From NCBI GenBank assembly GCA_963848305.1, contig CAWKDC010000003.1, positions 179,007 to 243,006 of the forward strand: 64,000 nt of DNA, written 5' to 3'. The stretch's first letter is position 1. The number at the start of each line of letters is the position of its first letter. Below are positions 42,101-50,549 of the stretch, one piece after another. The notes below the pieces were generated by a model that was given only the letters and a program-made list of their open reading frames with translations, searched no databases and had not been told where the DNA came from. This stretch comes from an uncultured Gammaproteobacteria bacterium (GTDB lineage: Bacteria > Pseudomonadota > Gammaproteobacteria > JABCZS01). The position numbers and the translations under genes were made by a program.

Positions 42101-43774
42101 ACCAGTTTGTTGCAGACCGTTTTCACTGCTTCGAATATTTTCGATATAAACACATAGCATGTCATTCGGTGAGCATGAATTTTCTGTAATTTCTTTTAGG
42201 CCAGAAGGTGGATTTGTTTTGTTGCTAGATTCTTGATAGTGTGTTATAAATTGATTGCCAAGATATTTAACAGTCAGATCGATGTTTGCATATCTTTGCT
42301 TCTCATACGCGTTTCGGTTTCTAGAATCATATGCATATTGTGCGCACTCTAATATTCGCTTTTCGTACGTGCTATGATTATGACGGTTAATCCATAGTTG
42401 TCCCACACCACCCAGTTTTTCTGCGCCATGCCAATCCACCTTGTTTTTGAAGTCATCCAAAACATATAAATGGCCTACTGGTTCCATTTGCAATGCACGT
42501 ACGACAGGGTCATCATTACCTGCAAAACGATACAGATGCTCATTCAGATATTCTAAGCATTTTGGTTCAAATGATGTTCCAAATAAGGGTTGCCCGTACG
42601 TCAGTGCTTCAGTTGGGTGTTTGAACTGAACAGCATCTGCCATCGCTACTGCTGCAATAGCGCCCCCCAAACCATGTCCCACGTAGAGATGAGGAACACC
42701 TGGATGATAATTTCGGTGAAATTGTAGCATGTCTTCCAGCTGCGGTTTAATTTTTCTGTACGCCCTTGCAATGCCTGAATGAACCTTTCCTACACCGTTA
42801 AGATGAGTGGTGACTAATCCTTCTGCATGCGTCAGTGTGTTCGCAAAAACATGGTTCCCCTGAAAGGCAATAAAGACTTCACTGTCACTGGCTAAAATAA
42901 GGCAACGAATTCCTCCTTCTTCAAATAGTTTAAAAGCATAAGCTGTTTCTCGACGAGTGTTATATCCCCAAAGCTCTGCTAGCTGTTTGATCTTATGTTC
43001 ATTTTGTTCAACCAATAATGAAAGGCGCAAACCTCGATAAGCTGCTTCCCATTTGTCCATTTCTGATAGATTTTGAAAGGAAGTAGTTATCGGTTTTTTC
43101 TTTTCATCGAGCGGGGGTTTTTCAGTAAATAGAGGGGCTTCGCTTACGGTGATTAATTCTTCTATCATCAGTGCCATGAGTCTATCAGGTTTACTACAAA
43201 GATATACTCCTGGGGTAAGAGAAGCGATCCCCAGTGCGCAAAGGAATTTTAATACAATTTCTGAGTTTAATGAACGTTGTGCTTCGGGACATCTCGGAAA
43301 ATATGTTTTCAAAAAATTCCATGTTTTGTCATCTATTTTGGTTGTGTAAATCTCCAGAATTCCTTTTGAATCCGGATTTATGATGGCTGCTCGATGATAA
43401 TAAGTGGCCTCAGCACAAAATCGTTTTGTCATGCGAACAAGTGTTTCGCCAGGACCTAATAATCTATTGAATTCATCATGCTGAAGAGTGATCTGTTCGC
43501 GAGCGATTATCCCAGCGATTTGAGATAATGCATCACCAGCAATGGGGACTAACGAAAGCGCGATCTGCGCGGCACTCACGATAGATGAAACAGAGGGAAC
43601 AAGCACTCTACTGGAGCTAGCCTCTATGCTAGTGACACATTTTCTTAAGTCGGCAGATAAACTAGAATAAAACTCTCGAATTTGTTCCTGTTGAGCATAT
43701 GTTTTATTTTGACAGGCTTGATCAATCAGCCATTGGCAGTATTCATCATGTTGGGGGCTATTGATATTTATCAT
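36104..43774 (-). CDS. 2556-aa multidomain protein: class 3 lipase-like, TPR-like, kinase-like, LRR and two WD40 arrays
   Basis: VFIAFQG/VHSG/GHGLGG/TYGQP/DPV lipase-3 motifs; EDGRPQNII...IDND kinase-like motif; repeated H...I..L..LP.G.L.S.S.D.T.KIW; LD.SNT..TD..L..IL LRR segments. Confidence 0.85.
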   Translation of the reverse strand: MININSPQHDEYCQWLIDQACQNKTYAQQEQIREFYSSLSADLRKCVTSIEASSSRVLVPSVSSIVSAAQIALSLVPIAGDALSQIAGIIAREQITLQHDEFNRLLGPGETLVRMTKRFCAEATYYHRAAIINPDSKGILEIYTTKIDDKTWNFLKTYFPRCPEAQRSLNSEIVLKFLCALGIASLTPGVYLCSKPDRLMALMIEELITVSEAPLFTEKPPLDEKKKPITTSFQNLSEMDKWEAAYRGLRLSLLVEQNEHKIKQLAELWGYNTRRETAYAFKLFEEGGIRCLILASDSEVFIAFQGNHVFANTLTHAEGLVTTHLNGVGKVHSGIARAYRKIKPQLEDMLQFHRNYHPGVPHLYVGHGLGGAIAAVAMADAVQFKHPTEALTYGQPLFGTSFEPKCLEYLNEHLYRFAGNDDPVVRALQMEPVGHLYVLDDFKNKVDWHGAEKLGGVGQLWINRHNHSTYEKRILECAQYAYDSRNRNAYEKQRYANIDLTVKYLGNQFITHYQESSNKTNPPSGLKEITENSCSPNDMLCVYIENIRSSENGLQQTGLLGLQMLYDRQYLLTPEALRKIDTLICLNGLETYPFGIQKVLLNLYTRGMMCIYLNIFTHNKIINNSKNTEENLNKFIGILKTRNDKTEIFHMAIIVHYCIKIYGLYETKDNFEYGNIFSRLTLYINEDFDVLQKLIVEVIKKLKLTKLFRDTEKHPDAEAFIFTLLIHARTASLNAITATQAYIYTQKDTPNSTRWHRAALSVLMRKAHHQTDVWPTIIGECMASAPDPEPNERDANVYPQNETMIIGLSHWLEGKAKILDNASVDALNLVSMLETLKTENPEDILLQRLYQAYAEASAKKESTNHVLRQVLHTAGQDAELTPAIRLKAWQHYEVLLSQTKTSLTIEDYMCIAQCALSLDDENRSLQAYKTALELAKKSLKEVKETEHNSGREEQSIDGCIDACRKSIYYLLQKKASRMQTAWAKSRIYVEALEYLSEDAPITNPTRQELFQCVLSPGLSSIQNGLSDIAERSQIDLEAIKVEITRGEMFIQDFFGQYWKIKPAYTKELFDENGIRADNKRINPDHHDVHNVAHVGPLQIKENPGASGLAFAAWAFSAAFFIDDDNVQAPGFVPALPVKIIHHQNGKRKISYVQLTPHIEGQNFKTFLETNASNVVTDSIDLKSFSAIVILSFFLDLEDGRPQNIILNNGQLTSIDNDHILIRDPFKDGNLELKNILFCLDLMEKSVHKDVQSLLTNPMRLPLLRIKLWLRLLEIYTLYVEKTHSAEEIETLFNCSKDEEKVIIQPFFDEHAMGKLYTKFFKMSAALKENTTLHEAHVQMNSQVAERYQNVRKKHQDPLARFKEIMPQTQTCSIAIITGKIAPPKKSTIFGTSRSEYRDYAEFKDNTSSPVKLLKFLPSFQKSDNIRVFLLNELRQGYFDNFQKTPKEQSAIIASIKPSVWAKRSLEFHVKLTQMISPEISDIEYHGNPHLTDDDLFRLVVRSTRLMSLVVRGCKNITGIAPRSLSNFLGQDWITLAFSKGLKKLYLDDITLDPRVAQFVSECCRRYPHVSFIINPNCVTHWGSDIIQNLSVSYPQISLPIAPLSLHDTPKLNTLYFERSGVVHILRALPEGMYASCGQDNTIKLWQREPGDSWSCLETLAEHTKQITALHASPEGRLVSASLDNTMKIWERNSTGQWGCTATLTVQNDQINAIHILDDNTIVSAGNQKELMVWRYDEKWGWSFVHANEPHSDTITCLAVLPDGLLVSGSLDKTLKIWQKKSVFWHCIHTIDAGQSEITAMQLLPMGLLVTGAKDGTLKLWKRETGNNFSCITAPQSHTDSITAISILTHNSFVTASWDSTLCFWQYNSTDMTVNCFNKTTEMPYEKISDIMLLPTGTLISCALNGSLRHYSCFSAEPTPEGLGTDARLLHNARILLKHGVFTRAHTEKLISKRMLKLDLSNTRLTDQLLMHILEYNPNIQLRNINIDGCLMLSERMRLQHMCQNNPENNHLIIDCFDESLDVFGLFDFLRKNTFIIELTLKNYAHLDRDLLLKFRAHGIKRLRISMSDEPYFDTVFEFGITLPGNSLDDMHVYETLKSSDLSPLSYHYPAEDIVHQMPRFSSIASHSFLLPKGKIPYTASTTLPGRFLALGANDGEITILKNTDPKTPKCLDSGRNHQGKIIALTFLPNGRLASAGIDGNLTLWDTDNGVLQHKKILKHFDEGISSICAYQNSTIVVGLESGTIELLQPNISLKLNITQKLFGHSGRISQILSLPDGSIVSASHDLTIKIWKQNSHRAWSCVQTIRGHDNVVSSLCVLPDGTLISSSWDKTIKRWKRFNQQWKLVETITEHSASISKMHIISFGVFVSHSLDGELKVWHKHEQCYSCIHSYTEVKDFVVLQEGAFILFNTSGESRLFNFCSLDDVPHFVNDESRKLHNGLQLLKRGSLNPIHISRLFPSNLNNLDISNTPITDSLLEAILSHCPNIVYINAENCPWLTEKSHAMIAKRLANHHASHQSNAHLVTFNYGGRSGDEVCSPRDYVREHILKSNIKNNFL

Positions 43775-43987
43775 TTAACTACCTCATATTTTTCTAATAA
43801 AGCTAAGTTAGAATACAGCGATTTGAAGGTAGATTGCTATGGCGGAATAATGTTTTTTTGTGTAAGACAATAGCCATTCTAATGGATGGTTCGTTTTTGA
43901 TTGTTCTAATATTGACACAGGTCTGTGTATGGTTGTATTATGCCATTTAATTGATAATGAATAAGCACGGTAGATGAGGCATGGCCA

Positions 43988-45449
43988 ATGTTTGCTCGAG
44001 ACAGAGAAAATGGATATCCTCCTGAAAAGATACAGGAAATTTTGGATTGTTTGCCTCAGCACCTGATTCTTGGTTTTGCTGAATATGTCCATATATCCAC
44101 GAATGATTTTTATCAAACAAAACTACCTCCTGCACCTGCTATTTCAAAAGCAATAAAAGCTATGGGATATAAGGGTGAAACGGAGCGATTTTTGTCAAGC
44201 TATGAACCTGTTATCCTCTGGAAGGCACTTATTGAGAGAGATTTTGGGAAAGCAGCATTGGATGAGTATGGTGAAATTTTCGTCCCCAGTAATCCCTTGA
44301 CCTACCGAGAGTTCTATCTGAGGTATGCGAAAATCCAACTTGCCTATGAAATCATGAGCTTTAGAGAAGAAATGGAGTTGAGCCCGTACCTTAATGGAGA
44401 GATGAGCAACATTATTAAGCTTGTCAGTTTGCCTAGGAAAGAACATTTCACCGATATTCTGAGTTGCAATATAGAACTGCATCGTTTTTTAAAAAATCTT
44501 CCCGTACTCATGAGAAGTACGTATTATCGCGACATATCTGTTACGAATGGTGCCGGTGCCTCTATGTGCACTTCCATTTGCTGCATTTAATGGAAAAATT
44601 TTTATACTGCAAGCATTGCTTAGGCTCCCTGAAACAAATGTAAACGATGTTCATCCTGACGGGGGGAGGAGTGCATTGATTTGTGCAATCATAAATGGCC
44701 ATATTGAGATTGTGAAAATATTGCTCGCACAGCCAGAGCTTGCGTTGAATCAGAAAGATTCAGCGAGACTTCAAACACCATTAATGTGGGCGGCACAATG
44801 TGGACATGTTGATATTGTAAAACTTCTTCTTGCACAACCTGGCATTGATCTGAGTGGAAAAAATAATGATGGCAAGACTGCTCGCATGTTAGCGGAAATT
44901 AATGGGCACGCAGAGGTTGTTTATCTTTTAGACAAAGCTATCATTAATCGTGAAATGATAATTGGTCTTGGAATTTCGATTGTGCTTGGGTTGGGTATTG
45001 GTTTGACGCTGGGTTTATGGCCGCAGGTCGAGGAAAGCGAAAAGTTTCATCCATGGAGTATTTCGCTTATCACAATTGCCCCGGTAGTTTTTTTTATTGG
45101 TAGTTTTTATTTATACCATGTAAACAAAGAAGGTAAAAATTTAGCGAAATACGCTACAGTCGGGGGGAAAAAAACTGAAACGAAGAAGGTTCCTGACTAC
45201 TTAGGTTGGATGTGGCCGTCTGATAGTATTGATGACATGAACTATGATTTGCTTGGTGCAGCTAGTGCCGGGAGAATGGATACTGTAAAAAGACTACTTG
45301 CGGATGGCGCTGATGTAGACCAGATAAGCGAATATGGAAGTACAGCTATTGACGCAGCAAGATACAAAAACCAAGAAGGTGTGATAAAGATTTTAGAAAA
45401 GGCTTCTTGTGCAAAAAGGAACTGTCATTTAATTCAAAAGTCTATTTAA
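43988..45449 (+). CDS. ankyrin-repeat protein with F-box-like N-terminus and TM hairpin, frameshift near 44550
   Basis: LPQHLIL...LWKALIERDFG; GRSALICAIINGH, TPLMWAAQCGH, GKTARMLA..NGH; hydrophobic GLGIGL.LGLW and WSISLI.IAP. Confidence 0.8.
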
Positions 45450-45500
45450 GGTGGCAATGCAATGTATTCTTCCTTATCCTAATGAGCGAGGCATGGGTCT

Positions 45501-47079
45501 ATGTTATCATTTAGTACCAAAAGAGGTTACACATCCAAAAAATTACAAGAAATTGCGGACAATTTGCCGCCGTATGTTATTCTGGCCATCCTTGAATTCC
45601 CCTGTACATCCCAGCAGTATAAGAGCAATCTACGTTTTTCTCAATATATCGAAAATGCATCAAACAGTCTTGATCAGCATCCCGAAGGGATCGAGCAATT
45701 TTTAACAAAGTGACCCTCCTGATCCTGATGCGAAGAGATTATGGGCATTACTTTTTGCGCGAGATATTGATGTACAAGGGTTCCTTGAGCATGATAAGAA
45801 TACTTATTTGATCAATTTTTGTCGTAAAATTACTGAAAATTTGCGTTCGCTTGGTATTACATACACTAATTTATTTAGTAGTGAATTAAATCAGATGGAT
45901 TTTTCAAACGTTGATAGAATTCTAGGGCTTTTTTACTGGGGCAATTCTGAGATGGCAGATGATGACAAAGCCATTCTCGCTAACATTATTCTAAGGCTTG
46001 CACACAATGAGCAGACAGGAGATGATAAAGATATTCCATTAGTGCGAATGGCGAATATTCAACATGAAGCGGCTTTTTATATGCCATTGCTGCAAGCTAT
46101 GATTTCAGTGCAAAGCCTGGATATTAACAAAACAACCAACGGTAAGAGCTCGCCTCTGTCATATGCTGTATATTGTGCCAATGGTAATAAATGCACTCAA
46201 TTCGTGAAACTTTTGCTGTTAGCGCGAGCCAATGCACGTCAAATTGATAGCATCGGACGTACCATTTTATTCGATTTTGGTGGTGTGTATAGACGCCATG
46301 TATTAACTCAAGAAGAAATTGAAGTCGCAAGGCTTTTAATCGATGCAGGCGTCGATATCAACCATAAAGACAACTACGGCAATACCGCAGTGGGGCATGC
46401 AGCAGAATCGGGCAAGGCAGATGTAATCGCAGCGTTGTTAACGTTTCGCCCTGATGTTGAAAATGTCAATGAAAAAGGGAATACCCCGTTAATTACCGCG
46501 GTTAAACGTTTGACCAATACGTATCAAGATAAATATAGGCAATGTGTTAAAGTATTGTTGGAATACTCCTGTACAGGCGTTAATATCCAAAACAATGACG
46601 GCGATACTGCGCTACTGTGTGCAGTGAGAGATTTGTCGCGTTCAAAAGATGATACGGGAGAGGACGATCACGTAAGAAGGATTATAGAGTTGTTAATACA
46701 ATATGGCGCAGATCCTGGCCTGAAAAACAAAAAGGGCGAAACTGCTTTCACAGTTGAACAATCCAAAGGTTTTAATGACGTTGTCAGGTTTCAACAAAAT
46801 ATTGCTGACAAAAGATTTGCGATGCTAGGTGGGCTCGGTGCAACGGCCATTGGGCTGGGGATAGGTTTAGCCTTGGGCTTGTGGGAAGATCTTCCGGAAG
46901 AGCTTGAATATCCAGCTTGGGGGATTTCACTGATTGCCATTGCTCCACCCGTCCTATTTGCTGCGGGACTATTATGCAAAGGGCAGTCGAGCACGTCGAA
47001 TACCTCCATCTTCTCAAGACTGAAGGATTTAGCAACGTCCATGAGGGCTGGCACCTGGCACGGCAACCGTTCACGCTAA
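45501..47079 (+). CDS. paralogous ankyrin-repeat protein with F-box-like N-terminus and TM hairpin, frameshift near 45705
   Basis: GY...K.QEI.D.LP..VIL shared with previous gene; LWALLFARDI reads upstream of 45808 in its frame; GNTAV..AA, GNTPL..AV, GDTAL..AV ankyrins. Confidence 0.8.
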
Positions 47080-47545
47080 TATTTTTCACTGTCGTGACAA
47101 AGGCTGCAATATCAGCTTCTGGAAGTTTTGCTAAAGAATTCATGATCTCACTTTCAAAAATGGACGGGCAGGTCACATGCAGCTAAAAACTACCTAACAA
47201 AACTATACAAAAAATGTACAATCTCTCACATCAAGCAGCGTCAATTACCCTATCGACATTAGTTAATAATTCCTTCATAATAACCTGAGTTAATAGAGTT
47301 GTAGTGAGGTTAACGATGATTGCATTTATCGAACGGCTAGAAAGAACCAACCCGTTATTAGTAATGCGTGTTATAGCCATTATCTCACATACGAAAACGT
47401 CAATAGGCCATAGAAATTAATGATGGATCTATGTATGATGGGAGTTGAACAACCGAAAAGGGGTCAATTGACTAATCAGTCAACTGGATATTTTGCTGGA
47501 CATAATCAGCAATAGCGTGAGTAGCATTAATAATGTTGTAGGAGA

Positions 47546-50401
47546 GTGAATATGCGTGTACCAGAAGATGATTTAACTGTTTCGGGAAAAAATGTTGTAC
47601 AAAAAACGGGCACGAGCACTGTAGTAGAGGCTCGAACAACAGGCGACAATCAGCAGAATGATGAGCAAAAAGAAACTGAATCAGCATCACATGCGTCAAG
47701 TGCAGGCAGTTCGAGCATTGATTCTGATGATGACGAACCCATGGTTCCAGAAAAATCGAAAATATCCAAAGGCAAGGCTCCTTTAAAACCACATCCATCG
47801 AAGGCAAAAACTGGGCAAGCATCATCATCTTCCAGCTCTTATAATTATTCTGTTTCACGAGTGGATATAAATGATGTTGACGATGATGATTTTATTCAAA
47901 ACTCTGATCATGAGTCGGGCTCACAATGGCTGCATATAGAATTTGAAGAGCTAGAGAATGAAAGAGATCAAGCAGAGCGTGAAAAATTTTACAAACAACA
48001 GGGGTTTAATAAACCGCCATTTGACGTGACTCGCGAACAAGAGGATGAGTGGAGGCATTATCATATTCAAAAAGTCATTGATGGTGTATTAAATGGCACC
48101 ACTAATGATTTGAAAGCACTCATCGATATTGAATTTATTGAAAATTTATATGAGAGAGGGAGGCAAGATCTCAATCAAAAACGGGAAAATCTAGTAAACA
48201 GATGGATTATGTTGAAAGAAAAATTAAAACTTCTGGAAAATTGGCATGGACAGGCTTCCCGATATGGAGCAGAATCAGGCCTCTCTTGGGAAGCATACGT
48301 TGAGACAGCCAAGCTTGAAGCCAAAAAAAGAATGTTAGACGATTTTGTGAAACAAATGAATCGTGTTGATAGTCTCAGTACAGCTCAAAGAGAAATCATG
48401 GAGCAGGAATACAGCAATAGATTAGATGTAATGATTGCAAATGATGCTATTTTATCGAGAACAAAACCGGCCGAAGTGACAGAAGAAGAATTACGGCAAA
48501 TGAAAGCTGAAATAATTAGCATATCTGATGCCTCGGATGCAGATGGAAGCATCCATAATAATGGTGAGCTTGGAAAGATAGAAAATGCCATTGCTTCAAT
48601 GCGTGATTTTTTCTATCCTTTGCAGGATCGTGACGGGGTGATTTACAGACGGTATTTTGGGTTTATCATGTCTCGCGTGAATGAGAAAATTAAAATATCG
48701 GAAGATGCTGATTATGCCTCAGTAGATGACATCCCTTACAGGATGCCTGAGCCATATCGAAGCTTTTTAATGAAATTCAATGAAGCGAACAATTTGAACG
48801 AGTTGGCCAAGAACTACCCTGTCCCTCCTGACGATATCAAAAATAACAATGAAGATTTGGGCATCATTCGCAACAATGAATTATCAATGGATCGACTCGA
48901 AAGGGAAATCCAAGCAATGGGTATGGTTGGAGAAATAGTTGACACAGGTAATATCGATCCGACATTATTGAGGCACAAGGCAAGGCTTAAACAAGAAATA
49001 TTCGAATGTCGGCAAAAAATTATTTTTACTCAAAATGAGATCTCAAAACGTTTTTATGTCGTTGCATTGAGTATTTTTATTAAAATATTCTGTCGTTATT
49101 ATGCGGTATTTGTGAAACCAAACTACATCATGCCAGATAAGGTTGTGGAGGAAAACAACAGACTGGTGAGAGACAGACGTGATCGCGGTATACGAGAAAG
49201 AAATGATCATCAGGCGTTGCTGGAAAATGGCGATAGCCTTTTAATGGCTGCTATCAAGCGCAAATATTATCCAATGGCTGCGTGGTTAATGTTATGTGGT
49301 GCAAATCCCGCGCTTCAAAATCAAAGAGAATCTTCCGCAATAGATTTATTGAGCATTGATGATATTGCTGAATTAGGCGTGTTGGCATCTAAAATTGATA
49401 GGCTTATCCATGACCCTCATGCTGAGCCTGAAGCACGAGCACAAAGATACCGAAAAGCAAGAGAGGAAGAATATATCAAGTATCTTGAGTATCAAGAGGA
49501 GAGTTTCACTGATTATCATAAGCACCAAGAAACAAGGAAAGCAATACATCAAAACACATTTGTCGGGAAAACGGATGCACTTGCAAAAAGGGTGCATAAA
49601 CGCTTGGCAGCAGATCTGCTGACATTGAGCCGTTCGGTTGTTGCAGGTAGGATGTGGGGTAGTTTCAGCATACGACTGACATGGTACTTCCACCATGGCG
49701 TCATCTCATTTGTTGAAATTATTCAACGTGTGGACAAACTCAGAAATAACTTTCGTGATCTGTTGACGGGCTTAAAAGATATCGAAGCCATTGGGTATGA
49801 CACGGCTCTTGTAGAAAAGCTCATAGAGCTTGAGCGTATTTGTAGCGTGACACTGAGTTATGAAGATATTGCTCTGCAAATCAGGGAAATGTTAGAAAAG
49901 ATCACGCAACCTGCCGCTGTCAGCAGTGCGCTAGGTACAAATAGTTCATCAGACCAGAATGGGGATGGTCATGATGCTGGGAGCAACAATGTTCTTACGT
50001 ATGTTCGCAGGCGGGAAGACATTAAGGATATTCACCTTTTCCCCAAAGCGCACAAGAAAACGCGTGAAGAAATTTGGGCATGGCAGGAAGGTTGGGCAGA
50101 GGGTCAGGCGATGTCAGCTGCCAAAGCAAGGGCTGCAGAAGCGAGGGCAACGGCAGAGGCAGAAGCTAGAATAGCAGCAGAAGCACAGGCACAAAGATTG
50201 GCGACTGAGCTAGCGGAGGAACGAAGTAAGAACCGCGCCAATACTAGCGCTGAATCTGTGACAAACACCGAAGCGACAGTATCTCTGTCATCTAGCTCAC
50301 AACAGTTGACCTTGGTTGTTTACCAACCTGGGGGAGGACAGGCTGCATCGAGAAGCGCGAGGGTCGGGCAATTAGAGAGGCAATCCTGCAATATTTCTTA
50401 A
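47546..50401 (+). CDS. 951-aa coiled-coil protein with an ankyrin repeat and C-terminal CaaX-like end
   Basis: GDSLLMAAIKRKY..MA.WLM.CGANP..QN; AEARA-rich coil; ends CNIS; AGGAG RBS. Confidence 0.8.
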   Translation: MNMRVPEDDLTVSGKNVVQKTGTSTVVEARTTGDNQQNDEQKETESASHASSAGSSSIDSDDDEPMVPEKSKISKGKAPLKPHPSKAKTGQASSSSSSYNYSVSRVDINDVDDDDFIQNSDHESGSQWLHIEFEELENERDQAEREKFYKQQGFNKPPFDVTREQEDEWRHYHIQKVIDGVLNGTTNDLKALIDIEFIENLYERGRQDLNQKRENLVNRWIMLKEKLKLLENWHGQASRYGAESGLSWEAYVETAKLEAKKRMLDDFVKQMNRVDSLSTAQREIMEQEYSNRLDVMIANDAILSRTKPAEVTEEELRQMKAEIISISDASDADGSIHNNGELGKIENAIASMRDFFYPLQDRDGVIYRRYFGFIMSRVNEKIKISEDADYASVDDIPYRMPEPYRSFLMKFNEANNLNELAKNYPVPPDDIKNNNEDLGIIRNNELSMDRLEREIQAMGMVGEIVDTGNIDPTLLRHKARLKQEIFECRQKIIFTQNEISKRFYVVALSIFIKIFCRYYAVFVKPNYIMPDKVVEENNRLVRDRRDRGIRERNDHQALLENGDSLLMAAIKRKYYPMAAWLMLCGANPALQNQRESSAIDLLSIDDIAELGVLASKIDRLIHDPHAEPEARAQRYRKAREEEYIKYLEYQEESFTDYHKHQETRKAIHQNTFVGKTDALAKRVHKRLAADLLTLSRSVVAGRMWGSFSIRLTWYFHHGVISFVEIIQRVDKLRNNFRDLLTGLKDIEAIGYDTALVEKLIELERICSVTLSYEDIALQIREMLEKITQPAAVSSALGTNSSSDQNGDGHDAGSNNVLTYVRRREDIKDIHLFPKAHKKTREEIWAWQEGWAEGQAMSAAKARAAEARATAEAEARIAAEAQAQRLATELAEERSKNRANTSAESVTNTEATVSLSSSSQQLTLVVYQPGGGQAASRSARVGQLERQSCNIS

Positions 50402-50493
50402 GATACCTTGAATCAGCTATGATTTTATTGCGTCTTAAGACTTTCTTTTGAGCTAGGTGATATGTTAAAGTGGAGTATGGGCGCAATAGGGAC

Positions 50494-50547
50494 GTAGGGG
50501 CGCATATTTGCGCCCACTCATGCATGGTGTTCAACGCGGGAGACAAT
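50494..50547 (+). repeat. 54-bp direct repeat, copy 1 (REP-like hairpin plus RBS)
   Basis: matches 53986-54039 with one mismatch. Confidence 0.9.
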
Positions 50548-50549
50548 AT

